From assembly GCA_045543495.1 (NCBI GenBank), contig JAZQMO010000053.1, positions 9,020 through 73,019 of the forward strand: DNA of 64,000 nucleotides, given 5' to 3'. The notes under the pieces were generated by a model. It was not told where the DNA came from. It saw nothing but the letters and a program-made list of their open reading frames with translations, and searched no databases. Within the stretch, counting starts at the first letter, position 1; every line of letters begins with the position of its first letter. The position numbers and the translations under genes are program-made. This stretch comes from Eubacteriales bacterium (lineage in GTDB: Bacteria; Bacillota; Clostridia; Oscillospirales; SIG627). Below are positions 18,061 through 27,800 of this stretch, piece by piece.

Positions 18061-19836
18061 TTGAAACGTCTTTTTTGTCTGTTGCTTGTATGCAGTCTCT
18101 TTTCTGCTTTCTTATCTGCCTGTGCCGATGAACGGGATAAAATCGGTACCGAAACCGCCGTTGAGACCTCTTTTTCATCAACGCAAAGTCCTCAAAAGCC
18201 GGAAAAGGAGAGCTATCTCTTTGAACCCGAGGGGGTTTCCATGAAGGAGAGGGCGTTTCCTGATCTCAGTCTCGAGGGAATGAACGATGCGCAAAAAGCA
18301 CTGGTAACTACGGCGGAAAGCTATTTGATCCGAGGAAGCCGAGCCCAGTATGAGGATACTCTTATTTTGGGAACCACAAGCCTTTTGCATTATCGCTGGG
18401 CCGTCAATCAAAGATCTCCCGAGGAGTATACCGCTCAGAACTTGGGCTTTTTACAGTGCGCCGCCTTTTGCTATGAGGTTTATCGGAACGCTCTGGATCT
18501 GGAACTGATCTATGATGGAAAAACCTGCTACTATACCAGTCGCTTTGAATCCTATGCCGATAAGGTTCTCCACGAAAAGCCTGCATCCACCGGCTTTTCT
18601 CAGCTTTCCCGGGAGGCTCTTGATCAAAAGAAAGCGGAATTTTTGAACACTCTCGTGCCGGGTGATATCATCGTTTACCGCACGAAAAACAACGGTCACG
18701 CCATGCTTTATGTGGGAAACGGGAAGGTGATCCATTCCAGCGGCAGCTTGTACGCTTGGGATGAAAAAAGAGAGGTTTTTGAACCTGAGGGCACCATTCG
18801 GATGAATGATGTAGAGTTCCTCTTTGATGAGGGAACGGGCCGTTACATCTTTGATAAGCAGAGCTATTTTATCGTTCGCCCTCTTCAGGATTTTTCCGTT
18901 ACCGTTCCCGAAAAATCCAAATCGAGAATGAATGAAATGAGAGGTGTTTTGGCGGAAAAGCTTTCCTCTCATCCCTTTGGAAAAACCGCAAATCCGGGAG
19001 ATGAGATCACCTTTACCTTTTCCTTTGTGAATCAATCGCAGGAGGAAAAAAGCTTTCCCGTTCGTGACACGATTCCTTCCTTTACGGAATACATTTCCGG
19101 TGATTTCGTCCGTCAAGGAGAAGCCCTTTCCTGCAATCTGTCTCTTTCGGCAGGGGAGAAAAAGAGCATTTCCTATACCGTTAAAGTAAAGCACGATGCT
19201 TTGTTCGGATCAAGCGTGAAAAGCGATTCTTTTGCAGGAGAGATTCCTTTGAATTGCCCCTCGGTACAGATTTCCAAAACTTTGACTCCCGATGAGCAAA
19301 AAGCCGTTTTGGATGCTGCGGATTCTCTGTACGCCTCCGAGAAGAGTGGTCTTGCTCTTGCCAACGAGATCTATCAAAAAGCGCTGGGAAGACCTGCGTT
19401 TGATACCGATTCTGCGGCCGATCTGATGGAGGATCTGTTCCGTTATTATTCCGATGAGACCGAGCAGGGTGGTCTGGATGCACGGTGGTCTAAGGTGTGG
19501 CGCAGCTTGGATCGGAATTCAAAGTACCTGTCCTGTGTCGTACCCGATTTGTATGGCGGGCGAAATGTTCCCGAAGGTACAAGCTCCTCGCCCCTTACCA
19601 ATTTGGATTGGTTTCAAGCCACGAGAACTCGCTATGTTTCTTCCTCTCATTTGATTCCGGGAGACGTGATTTTGGTCTCCAGCAATACGCAAAACTTTAT
19701 GCCGAGCGTTATGCTGTTCACGGGAGATGCCCTCTTATCTCTTTCCAATTACACGTATTCTTCTCCCGAGCCGAAATTATCGCAGTTGGTGGCGGAAAAA
19801 TCCTTTGTGGTTCTTCGCCCCTCCATGGGATTTTAA
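18061..19836 (+). CDS. lipoprotein with an NlpC/P60-like (papain-fold) domain and an Ig-like middle region
   Basis: 591 aa, TTG start after AAAGGAG. Signal peptide with lipobox LSAC. The pattern Cys (LQCAAFCYEVY) ... His (NNGHAMLYVGNGKVIHSSG) resembles NlpC/P60-type hydrolases. The domain call is tentative. Confidence 0.55.
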   Translation: MKRLFCLLLVCSLFSAFLSACADERDKIGTETAVETSFSSTQSPQKPEKESYLFEPEGVSMKERAFPDLSLEGMNDAQKALVTTAESYLIRGSRAQYEDTLILGTTSLLHYRWAVNQRSPEEYTAQNLGFLQCAAFCYEVYRNALDLELIYDGKTCYYTSRFESYADKVLHEKPASTGFSQLSREALDQKKAEFLNTLVPGDIIVYRTKNNGHAMLYVGNGKVIHSSGSLYAWDEKREVFEPEGTIRMNDVEFLFDEGTGRYIFDKQSYFIVRPLQDFSVTVPEKSKSRMNEMRGVLAEKLSSHPFGKTANPGDEITFTFSFVNQSQEEKSFPVRDTIPSFTEYISGDFVRQGEALSCNLSLSAGEKKSISYTVKVKHDALFGSSVKSDSFAGEIPLNCPSVQISKTLTPDEQKAVLDAADSLYASEKSGLALANEIYQKALGRPAFDTDSAADLMEDLFRYYSDETEQGGLDARWSKVWRSLDRNSKYLSCVVPDLYGGRNVPEGTSSSPLTNLDWFQATRTRYVSSSHLIPGDVILVSSNTQNFMPSVMLFTGDALLSLSNYTYSSPEPKLSQLVAEKSFVVLRPSMGF

Positions 19837-19840
19837 AACA

Positions 19841-19876
19841 AAAAAAGATGTACGTTCGTTCGTACATCTTTTTTTG
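19841..19876. terminator. bidirectional intrinsic terminator
   Basis: AAAGATGTACG-ttcgtt-CGTACATCTTT with A and T flanks, between convergent genes. Confidence 0.7.
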
Positions 19877-19880
19877 TGCC

Positions 19881-21164
19881 TTATTTTGTTTTGATTGCAG
19901 TAAGCGCCGCCCGAATCTCGCCGTACATATAAAGAGACCCCACGCATAATATGGCATCGTTCTCCGAAAGAGCCTTGTGATAGGCCGCTTGCAGAGCCTC
20001 CAGGGGGGAGGCATATCCATTGGCAGGAACCCCAAGAGAACGGAACACCTCGGCATATTTTTCTCCCTTTAAGGAACGAGGATTATCGGGGGTCAGACAA
20101 AAGATCTCTTTTCCCACCTCCGAGAGCCGTTTGGCCATATAGGTATAATCCTTATCTGCCATCACACCCGTCACGATCAAAAGCTTTTTGTCCTTGAAAT
20201 AGTGCTTGGTGCTTTCTACCGCACTGTCAATTCCTTGCGGGTTGTGCCCGCCGTCGCAGAGGATCAAAGGCTTTTCGGAAACGATCTCATACCGAGCGGG
20301 CCAAGCGGTGGCGCCAAGTCCTTCCCGAATGGCATCCTCGGTTAAATCATAGCCAAGATCCTTCAGAATCGAAATTGCCGTGAAAACATTTTGCACATTC
20401 TCGGTTTGATACAGCCCCAAAAGGGGAAGGGTCATATTCCGAAATGAGCCGTAGTCAAATGTTGTACCGGAAAGCTCGGCGGCGTGGAGGGTGAACCCCT
20501 CTCGGTTCACAAGGTGCAGGGGAGCTTCCATCTCCTTGGCCTTTTCGGCAATGACCTCTTTTGCCGCCTCGTCCCTTCCGCACCAGAGACAGGGAACACC
20601 GTTCTTGATGATTCCCGCCTTTTCTGCGGCGATCTTGGGGATGCTGTCCCCCAAAAAAGAGGTGTGATCCAAGGCGATTCCCGTGATAACGGAAAGAATG
20701 GGGGTCTTGATGATATTGGTGGAATCCAAACGGCCTCCCATACCGCATTCCAAAACCACCACGTCGCACGCTTCACGGGCAAAATATTCCATGGCAACGG
20801 CTGTGATCAGTTCAAACTCCGTGGGCTTTTCTTCCATTGCCTCGGCAAAGGGGCGAACATACTCCGTTAATTGTGCAAGGGTCTCGTCGGGAATGTCCTT
20901 ACCGCAAACCTTCATTCTTTCGTTGAAGCGGAGAATGTAGGGTGAGGTGTAGGTTCCTGTTTTCAGTCCCGCACGGTTGAGAATGGAGGAAAGCATGGCA
21001 CAAAAGGAGCCCTTGCCGTTGGTCCCCGCCACGTGAATGAATTTCAGCTTATCCTGCGGGTTTCCCATACGGCAAAGCAGATCCTTGGTGCGGGAGAGAC
21101 CGGGCTTTGAGCCCATCCAAAAATTGGAGTGGATATAGTCAAGTGCCTGCGTGTAGTTCATCAT
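19881..21164 (-). CDS. folC: folylpolyglutamate synthase / dihydrofolate synthase
   Basis: 427 aa. MMNYTQALDYIHS..., P-loop HVAGTNGKGS, Mur-ligase architecture. Confidence 0.85.
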   Translation of the reverse strand: MMNYTQALDYIHSNFWMGSKPGLSRTKDLLCRMGNPQDKLKFIHVAGTNGKGSFCAMLSSILNRAGLKTGTYTSPYILRFNERMKVCGKDIPDETLAQLTEYVRPFAEAMEEKPTEFELITAVAMEYFAREACDVVVLECGMGGRLDSTNIIKTPILSVITGIALDHTSFLGDSIPKIAAEKAGIIKNGVPCLWCGRDEAAKEVIAEKAKEMEAPLHLVNREGFTLHAAELSGTTFDYGSFRNMTLPLLGLYQTENVQNVFTAISILKDLGYDLTEDAIREGLGATAWPARYEIVSEKPLILCDGGHNPQGIDSAVESTKHYFKDKKLLIVTGVMADKDYTYMAKRLSEVGKEIFCLTPDNPRSLKGEKYAEVFRSLGVPANGYASPLEALQAAYHKALSENDAILCVGSLYMYGEIRAALTAIKTK

Positions 21165-21694
21165 TTGTCACTCCCTTCAAAAAAGAGCTTGCGAAAGGTT
21201 TTGTTTCGGTATAAAAAATGAATGATGACACATTCCAGCGTGCCGATGACAAGATACAGGGGGATCCTCACCAAAACATAAGGCCCGTAGTAAACATAAA
21301 GCCCAATGGATTTGATGAGCATGGAGCCCACTGTATGGGCCGCCACGGCAGACAGGAGAAAGCGAGTCAGGGGTTTTTTCCTTTTCAGCCGGCTTGACAT
21401 AAGTCCCGCTACCGCTCCCACCGAAGCCGCCCCAAGCGTTACAAGAGGGGAAATGGCAAAGCTTTGGGTGGATAGAATGTAGCTGAGCACATCCGATGCC
21501 GCTCCCACGATGGCACCTGTTACAGGGCCAAAGAGGATTCCCGATAAAATAATGGGAAAATTCTCAAAGGTAATGCGAAACAGACCGTTTCCGAAATTGA
21601 GAAAGTTTTTGCAGAAGATCCCCACCACGATGCTCACGGCTGTCAGCATGGCTCCTGTTGTCAAAACCTTGGTTGTGAATTTTTGCGTTTTCAT
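21161..21694 (-). CDS. folT: ECF transporter S component, folate family
   Basis: 177 aa from ATG 21694 (MKTQKFTTKVLTTGAMLTAVSIVVGIF...), about 6 TMs. Its stop overlaps the folC start (ATGA), and a THF riboswitch lies upstream. Confidence 0.75.
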   Translation of the reverse strand: MKTQKFTTKVLTTGAMLTAVSIVVGIFCKNFLNFGNGLFRITFENFPIILSGILFGPVTGAIVGAASDVLSYILSTQSFAISPLVTLGAASVGAVAGLMSSRLKRKKPLTRFLLSAVAAHTVGSMLIKSIGLYVYYGPYVLVRIPLYLVIGTLECVIIHFLYRNKTFRKLFFEGSDK

Positions 21695-21761
21695 AAAAAA
21701 ATACCTCCTTTTCCGCTCCAATCCCATAAGGGGAAACCGGAAAAGGAGGAATTCCTTTTTC

Positions 21762-21862
21762 GGCAGCGGGATGCGAATTTCAAACCGCAAGGCCTAAGGC
21801 CTTTTCGTCCCCTGAACAACTCCCCGTTTCAAGGGCACTTAACGCTTGAGATTCTACTCTGT
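21762..21862 (-). promoter_or_regulatory. THF (tetrahydrofolate) riboswitch aptamer
   Basis: The reverse strand reads CAGAGTAGAATCTCAAGCGTTAAGTGCCCTTGAAACGGGGAGTTGTTCAGGGGACGAAAAGGCCTTAGGCCTTGCGGTTTGAAATTCGCATCCCGCTGCC. This shares the conserved blocks AGAGUAG, GCGUUAAGUG, GGGAnUnG, ACGAA, GCGGU and GCAUCCGCU with the crystallised E. siraeum THF aptamer as I recall it. It sits upstream of a folate transporter gene. Confidence 0.85.
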
Positions 21863-21869
21863 GATCCGT

Positions 21870-22322
21870 TTATTTGTTTCTGAGTCGGAGGAAAAACCGT
21901 TGCATCAGCTCCTTTGCCTCCGTTTCAAAGGTGCCGATATCAATTTCGGGCTTGTGATTGAAGGGATAATCGTTCAGGTTTAGAACGCTTCCCATAGCGC
22001 CGCCTTTGGGATCCATTGCTCCGATGTGAACCTTGGGGATCCTGGCGTGAAGAATGGCTCCCGCACACATGGGGCAGGGCTCCAAGGTAACGTACATTTC
22101 GCATTGCCAAAGTCGCCATCCCCCGAGCTTTTTGCAAGCCTTGTCAATGGCCGCGATCTCGGCGTGAAGAAGGGCGTTTTTCTTCCTTTCCCGAGCGTTT
22201 CTCCCTCGAGCAATGATCTTGCCGTCCTTGACGATCACACAGCCAATGGGAACCTCCCCCTCCTCAAAGGCCTTTTGCGCTTCCTTGAGGGCGGCCTTCA
22301 TAAAGACTTCGTCTGCCGTCAT
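21870..22322 (-). CDS. tadA: tRNA adenosine(34) deaminase
   Basis: 150 aa from ATG 22322 (MTADEVFMKAALKEAQKAFEEGEVPIG...). Zinc motifs HAEIAAI and PCPMCAGAI. The start overlaps the PBP stop (TAATG). Confidence 0.85.
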   Translation of the reverse strand: MTADEVFMKAALKEAQKAFEEGEVPIGCVIVKDGKIIARGRNARERKKNALLHAEIAAIDKACKKLGGWRLWQCEMYVTLEPCPMCAGAILHARIPKVHIGAMDPKGGAMGSVLNLNDYPFNHKPEIDIGTFETEAKELMQRFFLRLRNK

Positions 22323-24871
22323 TATGCGCTTTCCTCGGGGTTGTGGGTAGAGCAATAGGCATTGGCCTGCTTGTTGGTTGAGGTGAATCCGGGATAGGTG
22401 CCTGCGGGATAGGTCAGAAGATAATGGGAGTCCCAAGGATTCTTGGCGTTCTTGACACCCTCGGGCAGCTTTTGATAGGTGTACTGCGCATCTCGAATTA
22501 CAACATTCACATCAAAGCTTCTTCTCAGGCTTACAAGAGAAACGTTTTTCACCTTGGTGCAATTGGGGCCCGCAATGCAGTTGGTTTCCGTGCAGTAGGG
22601 AACCGAAACATGAGCGGTGCAGGTTCCCGTGGGAAGGTTGGACTGGGTGAAATATCCCGTTGCCGTGCGGTTTCCTCGCAGATCCTGCGTGCAAAGAGAG
22701 CCTGCCAGCATACCCGAATCCTTGCAATAGGTTCTGGTTACAAGACTCTTGGTCAAATCGTCCGAGAACTTCCTTACGTTTCCTGCCGCAATGATATCCT
22801 GATGAATGGAGGTCATAACCTGATCCCACAAATACAGGGCGGGGGTCACTCGGGTCTGCCCCGAGGTGAAGTTCGTCAAGGATTTTGCAATGTCGTAGCC
22901 CACCCAGCAGGCGGCGGTGTAATAGGGGGTGTAGCCGCAGAAATAAAGGTCATTATCCTGCTGTGTGGTACCGGTCTTGCCTGCACATTCCACCTGTCTT
23001 CTCAGAGTAATGGCAGTTGCGGTACCGTAGTTGACGACCTCCTGCATCAGTTTCGTCATCACAGCGCAGGTATCCTCGCTGAGAATGACCTCCTGCGTTG
23101 CGGTGGCATTGTCCAGGATCACCTTGCCCGTGGAATCGCAAACCTTGGTATAGGTCTTGGATTTGTTGAACACACCGTTGTTGGCAATGGCGGCATAGGC
23201 CGTTGCCATATCACGGTTGGTAACACCGTTGGTAAGACCGCCGAGCCCCAAGGGAGCGTAGTCAATATCGGCCTCCACCAAGGTGGACATACGGTATTTG
23301 TTTACCATAAAGTCGTAGGAATTTTTGGTTCCGATCATATCCAGAACCTTCACCGCAACCGTGTTCTTGGAGTCCCGCACGGCTTGGGATACGGTCTGCA
23401 GACCGTCGTAAACATTGTTCCAGTTGTTGGGCCAGGTGGAATTTGTTTCGGGGTAGGTTCTGAAGGGAGAGTCGTCAATGACGCTGGAGTAATTGATCAG
23501 TCCCTTTTCAATGGCGATGGAATAGGAAGCCAAGGGCTTGATGGCGGAGCCGGGCTGACGGGCCGCCATCGTGGCACGGTTAAAGCCGAGAGGGGTGTCC
23601 TTTTCTCCTCTTCCGCCTACGATGGCAACGATGTTGCCGTTTGTGTGATCAATGATGGTCATAGCGGATTCCACCTGCACACCCGTACCGTGGGAAGGAA
23701 AGAGTGCATCGTTTTGATAAATGGCGTCAAGCTTTGCCTGAATTCCTCGGTCAATGGTGGTGTAGATCTGAAGACCGCCGCTGTAAAGGAGATTTTTGGC
23801 AGTCTGCTCGTCGTAATTGTAGGTAGCCTGAAGATCGGCAACCACATCGTAGATCACCGTATCCACAAACCAGCTGTGTACCGTGCTGATATTCCGTTCA
23901 CCTGAGCCTTGCTTGAGAACCAAGGTCTCCTCCTTGGCGGCTCGGATCTCCTCTAAGGTGTAGGTCTTTTCAATGTCCGTGTTGTAATACATGGTATTGA
24001 GCACCGTTTCCCGACGCTCCTGATTGTTCTCGGGGTGAGAAACGGGATCCCACTTGGAGGGGTTCTGGGGAATGGCGGCAAGAGCGGCACATTCCACGAG
24101 GGTCAATTCCGAAACCTCTTTGCCGAAATATTCATATGCAGCGGCAGAAACGCCGTAGCAGCCCTTGGAAAGATAAATGGTGTTGAGATACATTTCCAGA
24201 ATTTCGGGCTTGGATCGCTTTCCCTCCAAATTGAGTGCACGGAGGATCTCTTGAATCTTTCTTTGAATGGTGACGTCATCGTCACCCGTTACGTTTTTGA
24301 TCAGCTGTTGGGTAATGGTGGAACCGCCGTAGGAATCGTTGCCCGATACAAAGCCGATGACCGCACCCAAGGTTCGCTTTACATCCACACCCTTATGCGT
24401 GAAGAATCGCTGATCCTCAATGGATACGAAGGCGTTGATCAGATCCTCGGGCATTTCATCGTAGGAGACCCACATACGGTTTTCCGTTCCGTGGATGCGT
24501 TCCTCCTCCCATTCCACCCATTCGCTGGTTCCGTCAGCAGCCTTTTGCTCATAGTAAATGGAGGTGGTCAGGCTGGAGTCTGTTTTCAGATCCTCAATGT
24601 CGTAATAGGGATCCACATAATTTTTGATGTATACCACCAAAGAGCAAGCCACGGCGGAGCCGGTAATGATACCGATGAGAAAGATCGTCAAAAAAATGTT
24701 CAGTGCATAGGTCAAAACCTTCCCGGTATATCCGGAAAGGGTAGAGGCGATGGCGCCGGTTACCTTTTTTGCGCTTGCCGCCGATTTTTTTTCGCCGCCC
24801 GTCTCTCTTCCTTGAGGAGCAGGGGCAGGCTTTTTTTCAGGGGCCTTTTTCTGTTTGTTGTTCTGTTCCAT
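22322..24871 (-). CDS. class A penicillin-binding protein (transglycosylase/transpeptidase) with a Cys-rich C-terminal tail
   Basis: 849 aa from ATG 24871 (GGGAG RBS). GT51 motifs EDQRFFTHKGVD and RKIQE. Transpeptidase motifs SAIK, SKN and KTGT. Confidence 0.85.
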   Translation of the reverse strand: MEQNNKQKKAPEKKPAPAPQGRETGGEKKSAASAKKVTGAIASTLSGYTGKVLTYALNIFLTIFLIGIITGSAVACSLVVYIKNYVDPYYDIEDLKTDSSLTTSIYYEQKAADGTSEWVEWEEERIHGTENRMWVSYDEMPEDLINAFVSIEDQRFFTHKGVDVKRTLGAVIGFVSGNDSYGGSTITQQLIKNVTGDDDVTIQRKIQEILRALNLEGKRSKPEILEMYLNTIYLSKGCYGVSAAAYEYFGKEVSELTLVECAALAAIPQNPSKWDPVSHPENNQERRETVLNTMYYNTDIEKTYTLEEIRAAKEETLVLKQGSGERNISTVHSWFVDTVIYDVVADLQATYNYDEQTAKNLLYSGGLQIYTTIDRGIQAKLDAIYQNDALFPSHGTGVQVESAMTIIDHTNGNIVAIVGGRGEKDTPLGFNRATMAARQPGSAIKPLASYSIAIEKGLINYSSVIDDSPFRTYPETNSTWPNNWNNVYDGLQTVSQAVRDSKNTVAVKVLDMIGTKNSYDFMVNKYRMSTLVEADIDYAPLGLGGLTNGVTNRDMATAYAAIANNGVFNKSKTYTKVCDSTGKVILDNATATQEVILSEDTCAVMTKLMQEVVNYGTATAITLRRQVECAGKTGTTQQDNDLYFCGYTPYYTAACWVGYDIAKSLTNFTSGQTRVTPALYLWDQVMTSIHQDIIAAGNVRKFSDDLTKSLVTRTYCKDSGMLAGSLCTQDLRGNRTATGYFTQSNLPTGTCTAHVSVPYCTETNCIAGPNCTKVKNVSLVSLRRSFDVNVVIRDAQYTYQKLPEGVKNAKNPWDSHYLLTYPAGTYPGFTSTNKQANAYCSTHNPEESA

Positions 24872-24897
24872 TCTAACTCCCAACTTAAAATCAGGGT

Positions 24898-27800
24898 TTA
24901 TTTTAATCCAACGTTCTCTTTTCCCAAAAGAAGAACAAGCTCGTCGTAAACACGCCCGGTCAATTGACAGGAGGCGCCGTCCACCCGAAAAAGCTTTTCG
25001 GTATCCTCGTAGTAAAAATAGCAGGGAAGGGTACCGGGGAAAATGCGAAGCAGGGCCATTGCCTGCTTTTCTATTTTACTCCCTTTTTTCGGGAAACGCA
25101 AGAACAATTTGGAAACGGTGGATAAATTTAAGATTTCTTCGGTTTTTCTTAAAGATTTGTTCTCACCTTGCTCCCGTCCCGCCTCCTTTTTACGGAAATA
25201 TTCTTCCTTTTGAAGGGCATCGGCGGGCAGGGTGATATCATCGGCCAGAATCTTGATCTCCTCATCCTTGGTATTGATCCTGCCGAATACGACAATTGGG
25301 GTATTTTCCTCCAAAAGGGAGGATACACGGGCCAGTACCTTGGGAAAGAGAACGATCTCGCAAATTCCCGTTTGATCCTCTCCCTGAAGAAAGGCCATTT
25401 TTTCTCCGCTCTTGACCTGCTTTAGGGTGATGTGATCAACAAGACACAAAAGGGTGACCCGATCCCCGTCACGGTACCGCTCGGGCTCCGTGCGGAAGGA
25501 GAGAATTTCCTGTGCTCCCAGCTTTTTGGTCAGAGGCTCATAATCCTTCAGGGGGTGACCCGATAAATAGACCCCGCATACGCTTTTTTCTCCTCGCAAA
25601 AGCTCCTCACGGGTAAATTCGGGAATGTCGGGATATTCCGTTTCCACCGTATTCTTCACAGGCTCAAAGCCTGTGTCAAACAGGCTCAACTGCCCGGGCA
25701 TAACACTGCGCCCGGCATCTCTTGCGGAATCCAAAAGGGGATCTACCGCCGCAAACAGACGGGATCGGGCAATGCCGAAGCAGTCCATGGCGCCGGAAAG
25801 AACAAGGCTTTGTACCGCCTTTTTATTCAGCCCTGCTCCTCGCAAGCGTTCCACAAAGTCCCGCAGAGAGGTGAAGGGGCCTTTTTTGCGCTCGGCAAAA
25901 ATATTTTCGATGAGCGCCTCCCCCACGTTCTTGATTCCCACAAAGCCAAAGCGAAGGGTCTTTTGAGAAACGGAGAAGGAGTACTGACTCTCGTTGATGT
26001 GAGGCCCGAGAATGGCAATTCCCATTCTTTGACACTCGGAAAAGTAATAGGAGTATTTGTCACTGTCCAATTGGCTCGTCAGGATCGCCGCCATATACTC
26101 CTCGGGGTATTTGCATTTTAAGTAGGCGGTGCGGTAGCTGAGGAGAGCATAGGCCGCTGCGTGGGATTTGTTGAAGGCGTATTTGGCAAACTCCGCCATT
26201 TCATCAAAAACCTTTTCTGCCTCCGCAAGGGACAGGCCTCGGGCAACGGCGCCTTCATAGGCTCCCTTGCCTGACTTATCGCCAAACAAAAAGCTTTCCC
26301 GTTCCTTTGCCATGACCTCTCGGTTTTTCTTGCTCATGGCCTTGCGAACGATATCGGCTCTGCCAAAGGAGTAGCCCGCCAGCTTTCTGCAGATCTCCAT
26401 CACCTGCTCCTGATACACAATACAGCCGTGAGTCCCTTCCAAAATATCGCTGACCGCCTTTACGCTGTGGGCGCTCTTTCCCAGCCTTCTGTTTTCCAAA
26501 AAGCGGGGAATGGAGTCCATGGGGCCGGGGCGATAAAGAGCGATGGCCGCCGTAATATCCTCCACGGAGCGAGGCTTCATTTGAAGCATAAGAGCCTTCA
26601 TTCCCGAGGATTCGATCTGGAACATTCCCGCTGTCTCCCCGCGGGAGATCATTTCGAAGGTGTCGGCATCGTCGAGAGGAATCCCGTGAATGTCAAACTC
26701 GGGGTCCTTTTTGCGGATCTCTTCCACCGCATCCCGAATGATGGTCAGGTATCTGAGCCCCAAAAAGTCAATTTTCAAAAGGCCCAGGTCTGCGATCTCG
26801 TTCATGGTAAACTGAGTCACCTTAGACCCTGTGTTCACCGCCAAGGGAACATAGGAGGAAACGGGCTGATCCGTCAGCACAACGCCTGCGGCGTGAATGG
26901 AGGCATTTCTCGGCATCCCCTCTAAGATCTTGGCGATCCGCATCATTTCAGCGGCCTTGCCCGTGGCACAGAGAAGCGCAAGATCGTGATCCTCCCGCAG
27001 TGCCTTTTCCAAGGTCATATCGGGAAGGCGAGGGATCTTTTTTACGATCCGATCCACCTCCGCATAGGGAATTCCAAGCACCCGTCCCACGTCTCGCACT
27101 GCCGCGCGGGAGGCCATGGTGCTGAAGGTGACGATCTGAGAAACGTGATCCTTGCCGTATTTTTCCGTTACGTATTCAATGACCTCGTGCCGCCTTGCCA
27201 TGCAAAAGTCAATATCAAAATCGGGCATAGAGACTCTCTCGGGATTGAGAAAGCGCTCAAAGATCAGACCGGAGCGCAAGGGATCCAGCTCCGTAATGTC
27301 AAGACACCACGCCGCAAGGCTTCCTGCGCCGCTGCCTCTGCCGGGGCCCACATAGATGCCGCTTTTCTTGGCAAAGGAAACGAAGTCGGAAACAATGAGA
27401 AAATAATCGCAAAAGCCCATTTTCTCAACGGTTTCCAGTTCATACTCAAGCCTTTTTACATATTCGGTCTTGTCCCGGATCCCGTTTTCCAGAATCCTTC
27501 TCTCCAGCCCTGCAAAGGCCGCTTTTCTTAAATATTCGGCAGAGGAAAGGCCGAGATCATTTTTATATACGGGAAGGTGGGCCTTGGTAAAGTCAAAATC
27601 AAATTGGCATCTTTCAGCAATTTTTACCGTGTTTTGAATCGCTTCGGGATGCTTGGGGAAGAGGGCTGCCATTTCCTCGGCGGATTTGAGATAGAATTCA
27701 TCCGTCTCAAATTTCATCCGATCCTGATCCTCCAAGGTCTTGCCTGTTTGAATACAAAGCAAAACATCGTGGCTCTTGGCATCCTCCCGATTCAGGTAAT

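Noticed and set aside
21695-21790. Longer folT start (209-aa version)
   Set aside because: The extension would be translated through the THF riboswitch expression platform. ATG 21694 follows the sequestered GGAAAAGGAGG RBS.
22424-24949. 493-aa and 304-aa + strand ORFs
   Set aside because: Both are antisense to the class A PBP gene, which has complete GT51 and SxxK/SxN/KTG motifs. These are shadow ORFs.
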